DNA of 32,000 bases from an uncultured archaeon. Lineage in GTDB: Archaea > Iainarchaeota > Iainarchaeia > Iainarchaeales > Iainarchaeaceae. The DNA lies in contig CAZNZM010000004.1 in the NCBI GenBank assembly GCA_964577555.1, positions 85,300 through 117,299 of the forward strand. Direction: 5' to 3'. This document shows positions 8,818-17,482 of this stretch, piece after piece. Position numbers and translations under genes: made by a program. The notes under the pieces are model-generated. The model saw only the letters and a list, made by a program, of their open reading frames with translations. It did no database searches and was not told the DNA's origin. Position 1 is the first letter of the stretch; every line of letters begins with the position of its first letter.

Positions 8818-9099
8818 GTGACACAAAAAATCGCAAAAATAGAATTGGAAACAATCCCTAATTCAGACAAATTCAGAATTATGGGTTTCAATCCATGGAC
8901 AGGAAGACTAAGAGTCAAAATAAAATCAAAAGCTCAAAAAGGAGAAGCTAATAAAGAACTTTTATTAGAATTTCAAAAAATATTCAAAAACGAAGCACAA
9001 ATCCTTTCAGGAGAAAAAAGCAGAAAAAAAACAATACTGCTAAAAAACATCTCGGAAAAGGAAGCAAAAGAAACACTTACAAAAAAAAGCAAATCCTGA
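8818..9099 (+). CDS. DUF167 (YggU-like) family protein
   Basis: 'GRLRVKIKSKAQKGEANKELLLEFQKIFKNEAQILSGEKSRKKTILL' is the DUF167 core; GTG start. Confidence 0.82.
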   Translation: MTQKIAKIELETIPNSDKFRIMGFNPWTGRLRVKIKSKAQKGEANKELLLEFQKIFKNEAQILSGEKSRKKTILLKNISEKEAKETLTKKSKS

Positions 9100-9132
9100 T
9101 TCTAAAAACCAAAAAAAAAGGAGATGGAAAAA

Positions 9133-10542
9133 ATGGCAAAAACATACATAAATGCTGTAAAATACGCAATCAAAATGAGTTTTGAAGTCGACGGAATAGT
9201 TGATAAACCAGACATAATAGGCGCAATATTCGGACAAAGCGAAGGACTGCTTGGAGACGAAATGGACCTCAAAGAACTGCAAAAAAACGGAAAACTTGGA
9301 AGAATAGAAATCAATCACACAACATCAATGGGAAAAACAAAAGGCGAAGTCCTAATACCTTCCTCGCTTGACATGGCCGAAACAAGCCTTTTAGCAGCAG
9401 GAATAGAAACAGTAGACAAAGTAGGCCCATGCGAAGCAAAATTCAAATTAATCGACATAGAAGACACAAGAACAGAAAAAAGACAAGAAATAAAAGACAG
9501 GGCAAAAGAAATACTAAAAATGCTAATGGAAAAATCATCACCAGAAACACAAACACTTTCAGACGAAATAAGAGAAAACGCAAGAGCGGCTGACATAATA
9601 GAATACGGCCCCGACAAACTACCAGCAGGTCCAGATGTTGAAACAAGCGAAGAAATAATAATAGTTGAAGGAAGAGCAGACGTACTCAACATGCTCAAAA
9701 ACCAAATAAAAAATGTAATAGGAATGAATGGCTCAAACATATCTCCAAGCCTTGCACAACTAACCAAAACAAAAACAGTAACAGCATTCGTTGACGGCGA
9801 CAGAGGAGGAATACTCAACGCAAGAAAACTTATGCAAATAGCAAAAGTGGATTTTATAGCACAAGCACCAACCGGAAAAGAAGTAGAAGAACTCACAAGA
9901 AAAGAAATACTGCTTTCACTAAAAAAGAAAAAACCAGCAACAGAAATAGAAGACACAAACACCCAACAAAAAGAATATCAAGGACACATATTCAAAGAAA
10001 GAATAACAGAAAACCAATATAACAGAAGACACCCAAGAAAAAATATGTACAGAGAAACAGAAAGTTACTACAAAAAAAACCAAGAATACAACCTAAATAT
10101 AAGAAATAAAAGAGGAAGACGCATAAACACAAGAAGCACGACAAGATATGCACCATCAATAAGCAGAAACCAAAAACCACAAACAAATTGGGTGCAAAAA
10201 ATAGAAAGAGTACCATTCAACATTGACAACACGGAACCAAAAACAACACCACAAAAACTGTCACAAGACGAAGAAGCAATATTCAAACCGTTTTTTGAAC
10301 AACTTAAAGGAACAATGACTGCAAAAATACTCGGCAAAAAAAACGAAATAATCAAAGAAGCAAAAGTAAAAGACTTAATAAAAGAGCTACCAGAAATCAA
10401 AGAAGCCAACGCAATAATATTCGACGGAGTAATAACAAAAAGACTAATAGAAGCCGCAGAAAAATCCGGAATAAAATACATAATCGGAGCCAAAAAAGGA
10501 AAAATAGAAAATAACAACAATGTAAAAACAATAACACTATAA
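9133..10542 (+). CDS. dnaG: Archaeal DnaG-like primase (Toprim domain)
   Basis: 'FGQSEGLLGDEMDLKELQKNGKLGRIEI', Toprim 'IIIVEGRADVLNMLK', 'VTAFVDGDRGG'. AAAGGAG lies 8 nt upstream of ATG 9133; track start is 9124. Confidence 0.92.
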   Translation: MAKTYINAVKYAIKMSFEVDGIVDKPDIIGAIFGQSEGLLGDEMDLKELQKNGKLGRIEINHTTSMGKTKGEVLIPSSLDMAETSLLAAGIETVDKVGPCEAKFKLIDIEDTRTEKRQEIKDRAKEILKMLMEKSSPETQTLSDEIRENARAADIIEYGPDKLPAGPDVETSEEIIIVEGRADVLNMLKNQIKNVIGMNGSNISPSLAQLTKTKTVTAFVDGDRGGILNARKLMQIAKVDFIAQAPTGKEVEELTRKEILLSLKKKKPATEIEDTNTQQKEYQGHIFKERITENQYNRRHPRKNMYRETESYYKKNQEYNLNIRNKRGRRINTRSTTRYAPSISRNQKPQTNWVQKIERVPFNIDNTEPKTTPQKLSQDEEAIFKPFFEQLKGTMTAKILGKKNEIIKEAKVKDLIKELPEIKEANAIIFDGVITKRLIEAAEKSGIKYIIGAKKGKIENNNNVKTITL

Positions 10543-10621
10543 AACAAAAACCTAAATACAAACAACCTCCAATTTCAAAATAAAAAAAAGCAACAACAAT
10601 AAAATTCCAAAAAAATAAATT

Positions 10622-11083
10622 TCACTTCTTCCTCTTTGCAAAAGGCCTGGCTACTTCAACGACTTGCTTAGACTCCTTCAAATCCCTTATATTTTCCTCT
10701 ATAGGAATTATAACCCTATCAGACTTATAAAACATCCAACCAACAAACAAAACTGCAAGCCAAAAGAAAACATTGGCAATAGGCACCAAAAGACCCTGCC
10801 AAAATTGCCTAATAGTAAGCTCCCTCGAAGAAGGCCTCACAACAACGCCTGTAGAATCATACAAATTTTTAGCACAAACAGCAAACTCCGCCTTCCCATC
10901 ATAAGTCGAATAATCAATATTCTGCGCACACTCTTTATAAGCCTTTAAATTATCCCAAGAATCAAACATTACTGCAGTTGAATGAATAAACATCAACAAC
11001 GCCCATACAACAACAAAAGCACCCACAAGCTTTGGAGTATGAACATCCCTACCAGCAATCCTAAAATAAATAAGCTTCCTCAT
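10622..11083 (-). CDS. Hypothetical membrane protein, two predicted TM segments
   Basis: Hydrophobic segments 'LVGAFVVVWALLMFI' and 'VFFWLAVLFVGWMFY' flanking a loop with two Cys. Confidence 0.6.
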   Translation of the reverse strand: MRKLIYFRIAGRDVHTPKLVGAFVVVWALLMFIHSTAVMFDSWDNLKAYKECAQNIDYSTYDGKAEFAVCAKNLYDSTGVVVRPSSRELTIRQFWQGLLVPIANVFFWLAVLFVGWMFYKSDRVIIPIEENIRDLKESKQVVEVARPFAKRKK

Positions 11084-11245
11084 CTAAACCTATTTTAATA
11101 CATTAATTTAATATATAAATCTTGCCAAAGACCCCAAAATTATCAAAAAAACCTTTGCTAAAAAAAAACACAAATAAAACACGCAATATAAAGTTTTTGC
11201 TGGAATAAGTCACATAACTTTATAAAAAACAACAAAAAAAATAAA

Positions 11246-11318
11246 GGGCCGGTGGTCTAGCGGTTATGACACATCGTTTACACCGATGAGGTCGCAGGTT
11301 CGACTCCTGCCCGGCCCA
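11246..11318 (+). tRNA. tRNA-Val (anticodon TAC)
   Basis: Acceptor GGGCCGG/CCGGCCC; anticodon arm CATCG-TTTACAC-CGATG; T arm GCAGG-TTCGACT-CCTGC; discriminator A; CTTTATAAA box upstream. Confidence 0.96.
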
Positions 11319-11494
11319 ATAAAAAAAACAAAACTGCTACAAAAAAAACAAAAAAAATTTAACCTAAAAAATCGGCTGCAAAAAACACTGACAATACAAA
11401 AAAAATCCAAAAATAACAAAAACCATAAAAACTTAAAAACAACTTAAAAAAAAATTCAAAAACAATAATAATAAGCAAAATAATAATCAGTAAA

Positions 11495-13153
11495 ATGAAA
11501 AAAAACATAATTGCACTAATCATGCTAATAAACATAGCAACAATAACACAATCAAACGAAATAATTCCAAACACTATAAAATCTGCAGACTTTACAATTC
11601 ATACAGAAACAAAAGGAAACTTCTACGGAAAAATAACAAACGGAGACACCCTAGAAATAAAAATACTACAACCACAAAATAACGAAACACAAAAAATAAT
11701 AGAAGAAGAAAGCTACTTAGAAATAGGAAATGACAAAATACTGCCAACAAAAACAAATGAAAAAGAACTCCAATACCTAACATTCAAAATAAGCAACTTA
11801 TTAAAATACGCAAAAACACCTGAATTCAAAATAAAAAACACTGTAAGAGTGAAAAAAACAACTGACATAAAAATAGGAAAAGATTACAACCTGACAAAAA
11901 CAATAAACAAATACGAAGAATACAAAAAGCCAAGCGAATATGTTGAATCAAACGATCCAACACTGCAAAGCAAAGCAACACTTGAATTTACTTCAGACTC
12001 ATGGATAGAAAATGCAATACAAATATCGGAATGGATTAACTCAAACATAAAATACGACTTTGAAAATTATTACAACGAAACATACAGCGCAAAACAAACC
12101 TACAACAACAAAGCAGGAGTATGCGACGAATTCGCAAACCTAACAATAGCATTCGGCAGAATAAAAGGAATACCTGCAAAATATGTCGCAGGAATAAGCT
12201 TTGACGGCCAAAGATTCGCAAACCACGGTTGGGCAGAATTTTACAACCCTGAAACCGGCTGGATTCCAATAGATACAACTTTTGCAGAAACAGGATACGT
12301 AGATGCGGCACACATAGAATACTCAAAATCGAAAGATGCGAATAAAAACCCAGACATGATAATAATAACAAACAGCAAATACCAAATAGAAGCCTATGCA
12401 ACAACATCAGAACCAGAAGTAACAATAAACTCAATAGAAAGATTCTCAAGAATGACAAAAATAACAGATGAAACCCCAGAAAAAGTATCCCCAAACGAAC
12501 AATTCGAAATCAAAGCAACAATACAAAACATCTCAAACAATGACGGAATATTTCCAATAAAACTAATAATACACCCTGATTTCAAAACAACAAACACACA
12601 AAAACTAATACACTTAAAAGCTGGAGAAACCAAAAAAATAAGTTGGAAAACAACAGCACCAAACGAAAACACCGAAGAAACAGACTACACTTACAAAACG
12701 ATAATAGCCACAATAGACGGAAACATAGAAAAAACAATAACCGTAACAGGAAAAAAAGACGAAACAAAAAAGGAAATATCAATAATAGACATAAACCCAG
12801 AAATAAAAGAAAATAAAATAAAAATCACTATAACACTGGAAAACCCAAACCAAACCCAAAAAATAAAAATAAAATTCCTAAAAGAAAACGAAACAATAGA
12901 AAAAGAATACGAACTGCCAAACCAATCATATTACAAAATTGAAGAAACTTTTGACAACACCAATACAGACACAATAGAAATCAAAATATACTTAAAAGAA
13001 GAAAAAACATACAAAATAACAATTCCAAAACAAAAAGAAGAAACAAACCAAGAAGAACAAACAACGCTTATAGCAAAAATAACAGCTACAATAATTATAA
13101 CAATTACAACAATAATAATTACAGCACTATTAATTGCAAAATCAAGACAATAA
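11495..13153 (+). CDS. Secreted or surface protein with transglutaminase-like domain and C-terminal TM anchor
   Basis: N-terminal signal-like segment; Cys/His/Asp triad candidates in 'NKAGVCDEFANL', 'NHGWAEFYNPETGW' and 'PIDTTF'; Ig/CARDB-like segments; C-terminal TM 'TIIITITTIIITALLI'. Confidence 0.82.
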   Translation: MKKNIIALIMLINIATITQSNEIIPNTIKSADFTIHTETKGNFYGKITNGDTLEIKILQPQNNETQKIIEEESYLEIGNDKILPTKTNEKELQYLTFKISNLLKYAKTPEFKIKNTVRVKKTTDIKIGKDYNLTKTINKYEEYKKPSEYVESNDPTLQSKATLEFTSDSWIENAIQISEWINSNIKYDFENYYNETYSAKQTYNNKAGVCDEFANLTIAFGRIKGIPAKYVAGISFDGQRFANHGWAEFYNPETGWIPIDTTFAETGYVDAAHIEYSKSKDANKNPDMIIITNSKYQIEAYATTSEPEVTINSIERFSRMTKITDETPEKVSPNEQFEIKATIQNISNNDGIFPIKLIIHPDFKTTNTQKLIHLKAGETKKISWKTTAPNENTEETDYTYKTIIATIDGNIEKTITVTGKKDETKKEISIIDINPEIKENKIKITITLENPNQTQKIKIKFLKENETIEKEYELPNQSYYKIEETFDNTNTDTIEIKIYLKEEKTYKITIPKQKEETNQEEQTTLIAKITATIIITITTIIITALLIAKSRQ

Positions 13154-13207
13154 AAAAAACCAAAAATTGTTGGGTTTAAAAGAATTTGCCAAAAAAGATC
13201 TTTGCAA

Positions 13208-13279
13208 GCGACCGTAGTCTAGTGGTTATGATTCGACCTTGCCAAGGTCGGGGCCCGGGTTCAATTCCCGGCGGTCGCA
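13208..13279 (+). tRNA. tRNA-Gly (anticodon GCC)
   Basis: Acceptor GCGACCG/CGGTCGC; anticodon arm CGACC-TTGCCAA-GGTCG; T arm CCGGG-TTCAATT-CCCGG; discriminator A; TTTAAAA box upstream. Confidence 0.95.
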
Positions 13280-13905
13280 CCTTTCAAATCAAACTCAGAT
13301 TTAATTATTCTCACAACTTGCGCCTTAACACTTCCAATATCCTTTGACGCATCAATAAAAAAAATTTTTTCAAAAGGAAAAACAGACTTCAAATCCAAAA
13401 AACCACGCCTCACCTTTTCCAAAAAATCTTCCCTCTCAAAAACATCAACATGATTACGCCTGCCTATCCTCTTCAAAGCATCAGCAACAGGCAAATCCAA
13501 AATAAAAACCAAATCAGGAGAAGGTAAACCAGCATGCAAATCAAAAATTTTTTTCAAAGAAATGCCTTGCAAAGCCTGATAAACAAAAGTACTATACTTG
13601 AACCTATCAGACAAAATTATTTTGCCCTCACTCAAAGCAGGAATTATTTCCTTTTCAACATGCTCTCTCCGGTCATATACATACAATTCAAGAAACTGAT
13701 TTGCATTAACAATTGGATCAACATTTGACTTAAGCAATTCCCTAACCTTCTTGCCAAAAAAACCATTAGTAGGCTCGGCAGTTACGATAATTTTTGACCT
13801 AGAAACCCCCATTTCAGTAAACCAAACCTTTATCTCACGAGCCAAAGTCCCCTTTCCAGAACCATCAATGCCGTCAAATACAATCCAAAAACCCTTCATC
13901 ACCAA
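13261..13905 (-). CDS. tmk: Thymidylate kinase
   Basis: P-loop 'FWIVFDGIDGSGKGTLAREI', 'DRRE', 'LSDRFKYSTFVYQ', 'FILDLPVADALKRI'. Confidence 0.88.
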   Translation of the reverse strand: MVMKGFWIVFDGIDGSGKGTLAREIKVWFTEMGVSRSKIIVTAEPTNGFFGKKVRELLKSNVDPIVNANQFLELYVYDRREHVEKEIIPALSEGKIILSDRFKYSTFVYQALQGISLKKIFDLHAGLPSPDLVFILDLPVADALKRIGRRNHVDVFEREDFLEKVRRGFLDLKSVFPFEKIFFIDASKDIGSVKAQVVRIIKSEFDLKGATAGN

Positions 13906-14033
13906 AAATTAAAATGAAAAAGATTAATTAAACCCCCTTATTAAAAAAGAAAACCACAAAAAAAATCAAATAAAAAGCCATGTTAAGACTTTTAACCATT
14001 TCCAATTCATTTTAATTTATAAAACAAAAAAAA

Positions 14034-14104
14034 GCACCTGTGGGGTAGCGGTAGCCTTAGAGCCTTCCAAGCTCTCGGCCCGGGTTCAAATCCCGGCGGG
14101 TGCA
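14034..14104 (+). tRNA. tRNA-Gly (anticodon TCC)
   Basis: Acceptor GCACCTG/CGGGTGC; anticodon arm AGAGC-CTTCCAA-GCTCT; T arm CCGGG-TTCAAAT-CCCGG; discriminator A; TTTATAAAA box upstream. Confidence 0.95.
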
Positions 14105-14129
14105 ATAAACTTCAACTAAAAAGTAAAAG

Positions 14130-14456
14130 ATGAAAAAAATGAAACCTAAAAAAATACAAATTCTCGGACTTGAAAGAATTTACAGACTTTTTGAACTGGC
14201 TGAAAAAGAATTTGAAAAACACCCAGAAAGAAGCAAAAGATACATAGAAATAGCAAGAGAAATAGTAAAAAAAAGCAGGACAAGAATTCCAGACGAACTA
14301 AAAACAAAATTCTGCAAAAAATGCAACGCATTCCTAAAAGAAGAAAAAAACTCGCAAATACAAAAACAAAACAACATGAAAATAATAAAATGCCTAGAAT
14401 GCGGCTTCACAAGAAAAACAGGAAAAAAACCCAAAAAAACAGATTGTATAAAATAA
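14130..14456 (+). CDS. rnp4: RNase P protein component, Rpr2/Rpp21 (Rnp4) type
   Basis: 'RIYRLFELAEKEFEKHPERSKRYIEIAREI..KSRTRIPDELKTKFCKKCNAFL' plus a C-terminal CLEC zinc knuckle. Confidence 0.87.
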   Translation: MKKMKPKKIQILGLERIYRLFELAEKEFEKHPERSKRYIEIAREIVKKSRTRIPDELKTKFCKKCNAFLKEEKNSQIQKQNNMKIIKCLECGFTRKTGKKPKKTDCIK

Positions 14457-14908
14457 AAAAAAACAAAAAAAATGAAACCAACAAACCAAAAAAAAAACAA
14501 AACTTCAAACAAAAAAAATACCAAACAAAAAATATCAAAAAAATGCCTAACAAAAAAATAAAAAAAATAAAATAGATCAAAAAAAACTACTTGCAAAAAA
14601 ACAAAACCCAATTAAAAAAACAACAAAAAAAACAAATTGAAAAAAAATAAATGAGAAAAAAAATTAAGGCACACAAAGACAAAACAAAAAATAAATACCC
14701 AAAAAAATGAAATCAAACAAAAAAAATAAAGTTGCCAAAAAAAATGGCTTGCAAAAACAAAAAGAAAAAAAAGCAATTTGAATTTTCTTAAAAACAAAAA
14801 AAACACAAAAATCGGTCGACAAAAAAATGCCAAAAAAAACGAGACAAAGAAAAAAATGACACAAAAAAAATAATTAGAAAATGGAAAAGACAAAGCCTCT
14901 AAAACAAG

Positions 14909-14918
14909 CTTTTTAAAT
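14909..14918 (+). promoter_or_regulatory. Candidate TATA box (CTTTTTAAAT) of the S19e operon
   Basis: TATA-like word about 25 nt upstream of the first leader hairpin at 14941. Confidence 0.45.
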
Positions 14919-14940
14919 GTTTTTTGAGAAACATTAATAA

Positions 14941-15028
14941 CTTCTAATTTTAATTAATTGGAAGTTTTTTCGCTTACGCGAAATAAAACGCAATTCAGTT
15001 TTCCCCGAAAGGGGGCTCAAAAACTGAA
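14941..15028 (+). promoter_or_regulatory. Structured 5' leader: three consecutive hairpins upstream of the S19e start
   Basis: CTTCTAATT/AATTGGAAG (14941-14964), TTTCGC-TTAC-GCGAAA (14968-14983), and TTCAGTTTT-CCCC-GAAA-GGGG-[GCTCA]-AAAACTGAA (14994-15028). Confidence 0.65.
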
Positions 15029-15044
15029 AAAAAGGTGTGAACAA

Positions 15045-15611
15045 ATGGGAATTTACGACGTGCCAGCATCAATACTGTTGGCAGAAATAGCAAAAGACCT
15101 CAAAACAAAAATAAAACAACCAGAATTTACAAAATACATAAAAACCGGAGCCCATAAGGAAAGAGCACCATACAACCCAGACTGGTTTTACACAAGAATG
15201 GCAAGTATACTATACAGAGTTTATAAAGACGGACAAACAGGAACAGGAGCACTCAGAACATATTATGGCGGAAGACGAAACAAAGGCGTCAAACCGGAAA
15301 AAAAAGTAAAAGCAGGAGGAAAAGCAATAAGGCTCGGTTTACAATTGCTTGAAAAGGAAGGACTAATAAAAAAAGGCAAAAAAGGAAGAACAATCACCAC
15401 AAAAGGAGAAAAATACCTCTTCCAAAAAGCAAAAGAAGCCAACAACATTTTTACTGAACAAATTAAAAAACAAGAAGAAGCAAAAATAGAAAAAGCAAAA
15501 AGAAGAGAAGAACTAAAGACAAAAAAACAAGAAACGACAACATTACAAAACAAAACAATCAAAGAGGAAAAAAATGACGAACGAAGAAGATCTGAAGCAA
15601 AAAAAGCTTGA
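15045..15611 (+). CDS. rps19e: Ribosomal protein S19e with charged C-terminal extension
   Basis: 'MGIYDVPASILLAEIAKDLK', 'TGAHKERAPYNPDWFYTRMASILYRVY', 'GTGALRTYYGGRRNKGVKPEK'. ORF extends upstream from TTG 14958, but the likely start is ATG 15045. Confidence 0.93.
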   Translation: MGIYDVPASILLAEIAKDLKTKIKQPEFTKYIKTGAHKERAPYNPDWFYTRMASILYRVYKDGQTGTGALRTYYGGRRNKGVKPEKKVKAGGKAIRLGLQLLEKEGLIKKGKKGRTITTKGEKYLFQKAKEANNIFTEQIKKQEEAKIEKAKRREELKTKKQETTTLQNKTIKEEKNDERRRSEAKKA

Positions 15612-15894
15612 GGAACTAAAAGAAGCTTATCAAAAACAACAGGAGGCACAACAAAAACAATTGGAAGCTGAAATACAAGCCAATTCCATTCTAAAAAAAA
15701 TAGTGGATGAAGCAGGCATTGAAAGACTCAACAATGTCAAGCTTGTGAACAAAGAGCTTTATTTCAGCACATTTCAAACAATAATGCAAATGGTGCAAAA
15801 CGGATACATAAGAAAAAAACTCAACGAAGCACAAATAAAAGAAATCCTAATGCGCCTAAAACCAGAAAAAGAAATCAAAATAAAAAGAAAGTGA
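15574..15894 (+). CDS. PDCD5-family DNA-binding protein
   Basis: 'QANSILKKIVDEAGIERLNNVKLVNKELYFSTFQTIMQMVQNGYIRKKLNEAQIKEIL' matches archaeal PDCD5-like proteins. Confidence 0.88.
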   Translation: MTNEEDLKQKKLEELKEAYQKQQEAQQKQLEAEIQANSILKKIVDEAGIERLNNVKLVNKELYFSTFQTIMQMVQNGYIRKKLNEAQIKEILMRLKPEKEIKIKRK

Positions 15895-15898
15895 TAAC

Positions 15899-16186
15899 AT
15901 GGGAAGAAAAACACAAGAAGAAAAAGAATTTCTGATTTCACAAAGAAAAAAAACCGGGCCAGGTCTTACAAACGCACCAGTCTGGATAATGCAAAAAGCA
16001 GGCAAAAGAATATACAACAAAAAAGCAAGAAAACACTGGAGAGAAACACACTTTGGACAAGAATTCAAGAAAAAACTAAAAGAACAAGGAAAAATAAAAA
16101 ACACCAAAAAACCAAAAAGCGGCCACAAAAACAAAAGTGCAAAATTTAAACCAAAAAGATTCTACAACACGAGGGAATCAAAATGA
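15899..16186 (+). CDS. rpl39e: Ribosomal protein L39e with N- and C-terminal extensions
   Basis: 'NAPVWIMQKAGKRIYNKKARKHWRETHFG' matches the L39e core; conserved position before L31e. Confidence 0.78.
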   Translation: MGRKTQEEKEFLISQRKKTGPGLTNAPVWIMQKAGKRIYNKKARKHWRETHFGQEFKKKLKEQGKIKNTKKPKSGHKNKSAKFKPKRFYNTRESK

Positions 16187-16614
16187 AAGGAGAGCAAGCA
16201 AATTACAACATATCGCTAGCAAAAGCATTTCTATATCCCCCAAAAAAAAGAATAATAAAAGCAATAGGTGTTATAAAAAAATTTGCAAAAAAACACACAA
16301 GAGCAAAAACAATAAATATAGCAAACGAAGTCAATGAGTACCTGCATAAAAATTCGAAAAACTTGCCAAGAAAAGTCAATGCAATCCTATTCAAAGAAAA
16401 CGACAAAATAACAATATTCATGCAAAACGGAAAAGAACTAAAAACATACCTAAAAAAAAGAGAAGAAGAAAAGAAAAAAAAAGAAGAGAAAAAAGAAGAA
16501 CAAAAAAAAGAAAAAAACGAAAAAGAAGAAACAGATAAAATAAAACTTGAAGAAAAAAAGAAAAAAGAAGAAGCCGCGGAAGCCTCACAAATAAAAAGAA
16601 AAACAAACAAGTGA
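16183..16614 (+). CDS. rpl31e: Ribosomal protein L31e with lysine/glutamate-rich tail
   Basis: 'ISLAKAFLYPPKKRIIKAIGVIKKFAKKHTRAKTINIANEVNEYLHKNSKNLPRKVNAIL'; located between L39e and aIF6. Confidence 0.85.
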   Translation: MKGEQANYNISLAKAFLYPPKKRIIKAIGVIKKFAKKHTRAKTINIANEVNEYLHKNSKNLPRKVNAILFKENDKITIFMQNGKELKTYLKKREEEKKKKEEKKEEQKKEKNEKEETDKIKLEEKKKKEEAAEASQIKRKTNK

Positions 16615-16619
16615 ACAGA

Positions 16620-17288
16620 ATGAACTTTGCAAAGGGTACCATAAAAAACAGCCCTTACACAGGCGTCTTTGCAACAGTAACAGACGACATAGCAATAGTG
16701 CCATTCTCAATTACAGAAAAAGAAGAGAAAACAATTGAAAAAACCCTGGAAGTGGAAGTTATCAAAGCAAGCATAGGGGAAACCTCCATGATAGGAATAC
16801 TGGCAAAAGGAATTGGAAAAAAAATTGTTGTTTCATCACTCGCAGAAAACAATGAAATAAAAGCACTAGAACACAAGGGAATAGAAATAATAAAAATAGA
16901 CGCAAATGGATTCACATCAACAGGAAACTTGCTCTGCATGAATCAAAAAGCAGGGATAGCAAGCCAACTATTAGGAAAAAAAAACATTGAAAAAATATCA
17001 AAATTCTTCAAAATAAAATTCAAAACACGAACAATTGCAGGATCAGAACTAGTTGGAGCAGCCACAACAGTAACAAATAAAGGTTTTATCTGCAATCCAA
17101 ATATTAAGCCAAAAGAATTCAAAGAACTTCAAAAAATATTCGGAACACAAGGAAAACCAACTACAGCCAATTTTGGCGACTTGTTTGTAGGAAACAGCGT
17201 AATAGCAAACAGCAAAGGGGCAATAGCAGGAGAAAACACGTCGGGAATAGAAATGCTCAAAATTGATGAAGGCTTAAGAGGAGATTAA
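16620..17288 (+). CDS. eif6: Translation initiation factor aIF6
   Basis: 'NSPYTGVFATVTDDIAIVP', 'GNLLCMNQKAGIASQLL', 'VGAATTVTNKGFICNP', 'NFGDLFVGNSVIANSKGAIAG'. Track start is GTG 16611. Confidence 0.93.
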   Translation: MNFAKGTIKNSPYTGVFATVTDDIAIVPFSITEKEEKTIEKTLEVEVIKASIGETSMIGILAKGIGKKIVVSSLAENNEIKALEHKGIEIIKIDANGFTSTGNLLCMNQKAGIASQLLGKKNIEKISKFFKIKFKTRTIAGSELVGAATTVTNKGFICNPNIKPKEFKELQKIFGTQGKPTTANFGDLFVGNSVIANSKGAIAGENTSGIEMLKIDEGLRGD

Positions 17289-17474
17289 ATGGAAGAAAAA
17301 ACATACTTAGTAAATTGCGAAATAAAAACAAAAGAAAAAATTACAAAATTAAAAACAAAAGTCAAATCAAAAAATGAAAAACTGGCAAAAGAAAAAGCAA
17401 TGGCAAATATAGGCTCAAGACACAAAATAAACCGACACAAAATCAAAATAACTTCAATAGAAGAGGCCAAGTGA
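17289..17474 (+). CDS. rplX: Ribosomal protein L18a/LX
   Basis: 61-aa protein 'YLVNCEIKTKEKITKLKTKVKSKNEKLAKEKAMANIGSRHKINRHKIKI', in conserved position between aIF6 and prefoldin alpha. Confidence 0.83.
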   Translation: MEEKTYLVNCEIKTKEKITKLKTKVKSKNEKLAKEKAMANIGSRHKINRHKIKITSIEEAK

Positions 17475-17482
17475 AAAAAAAC

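Noticed and set aside
14958-15044. 29-aa N-terminal extension of S19e from TTG 14958
   Set aside because: It would translate through the hairpin leader; the conserved S19e N-terminus MGIYDVPA starts at 15045 with an SD-like AAGGTG upstream.
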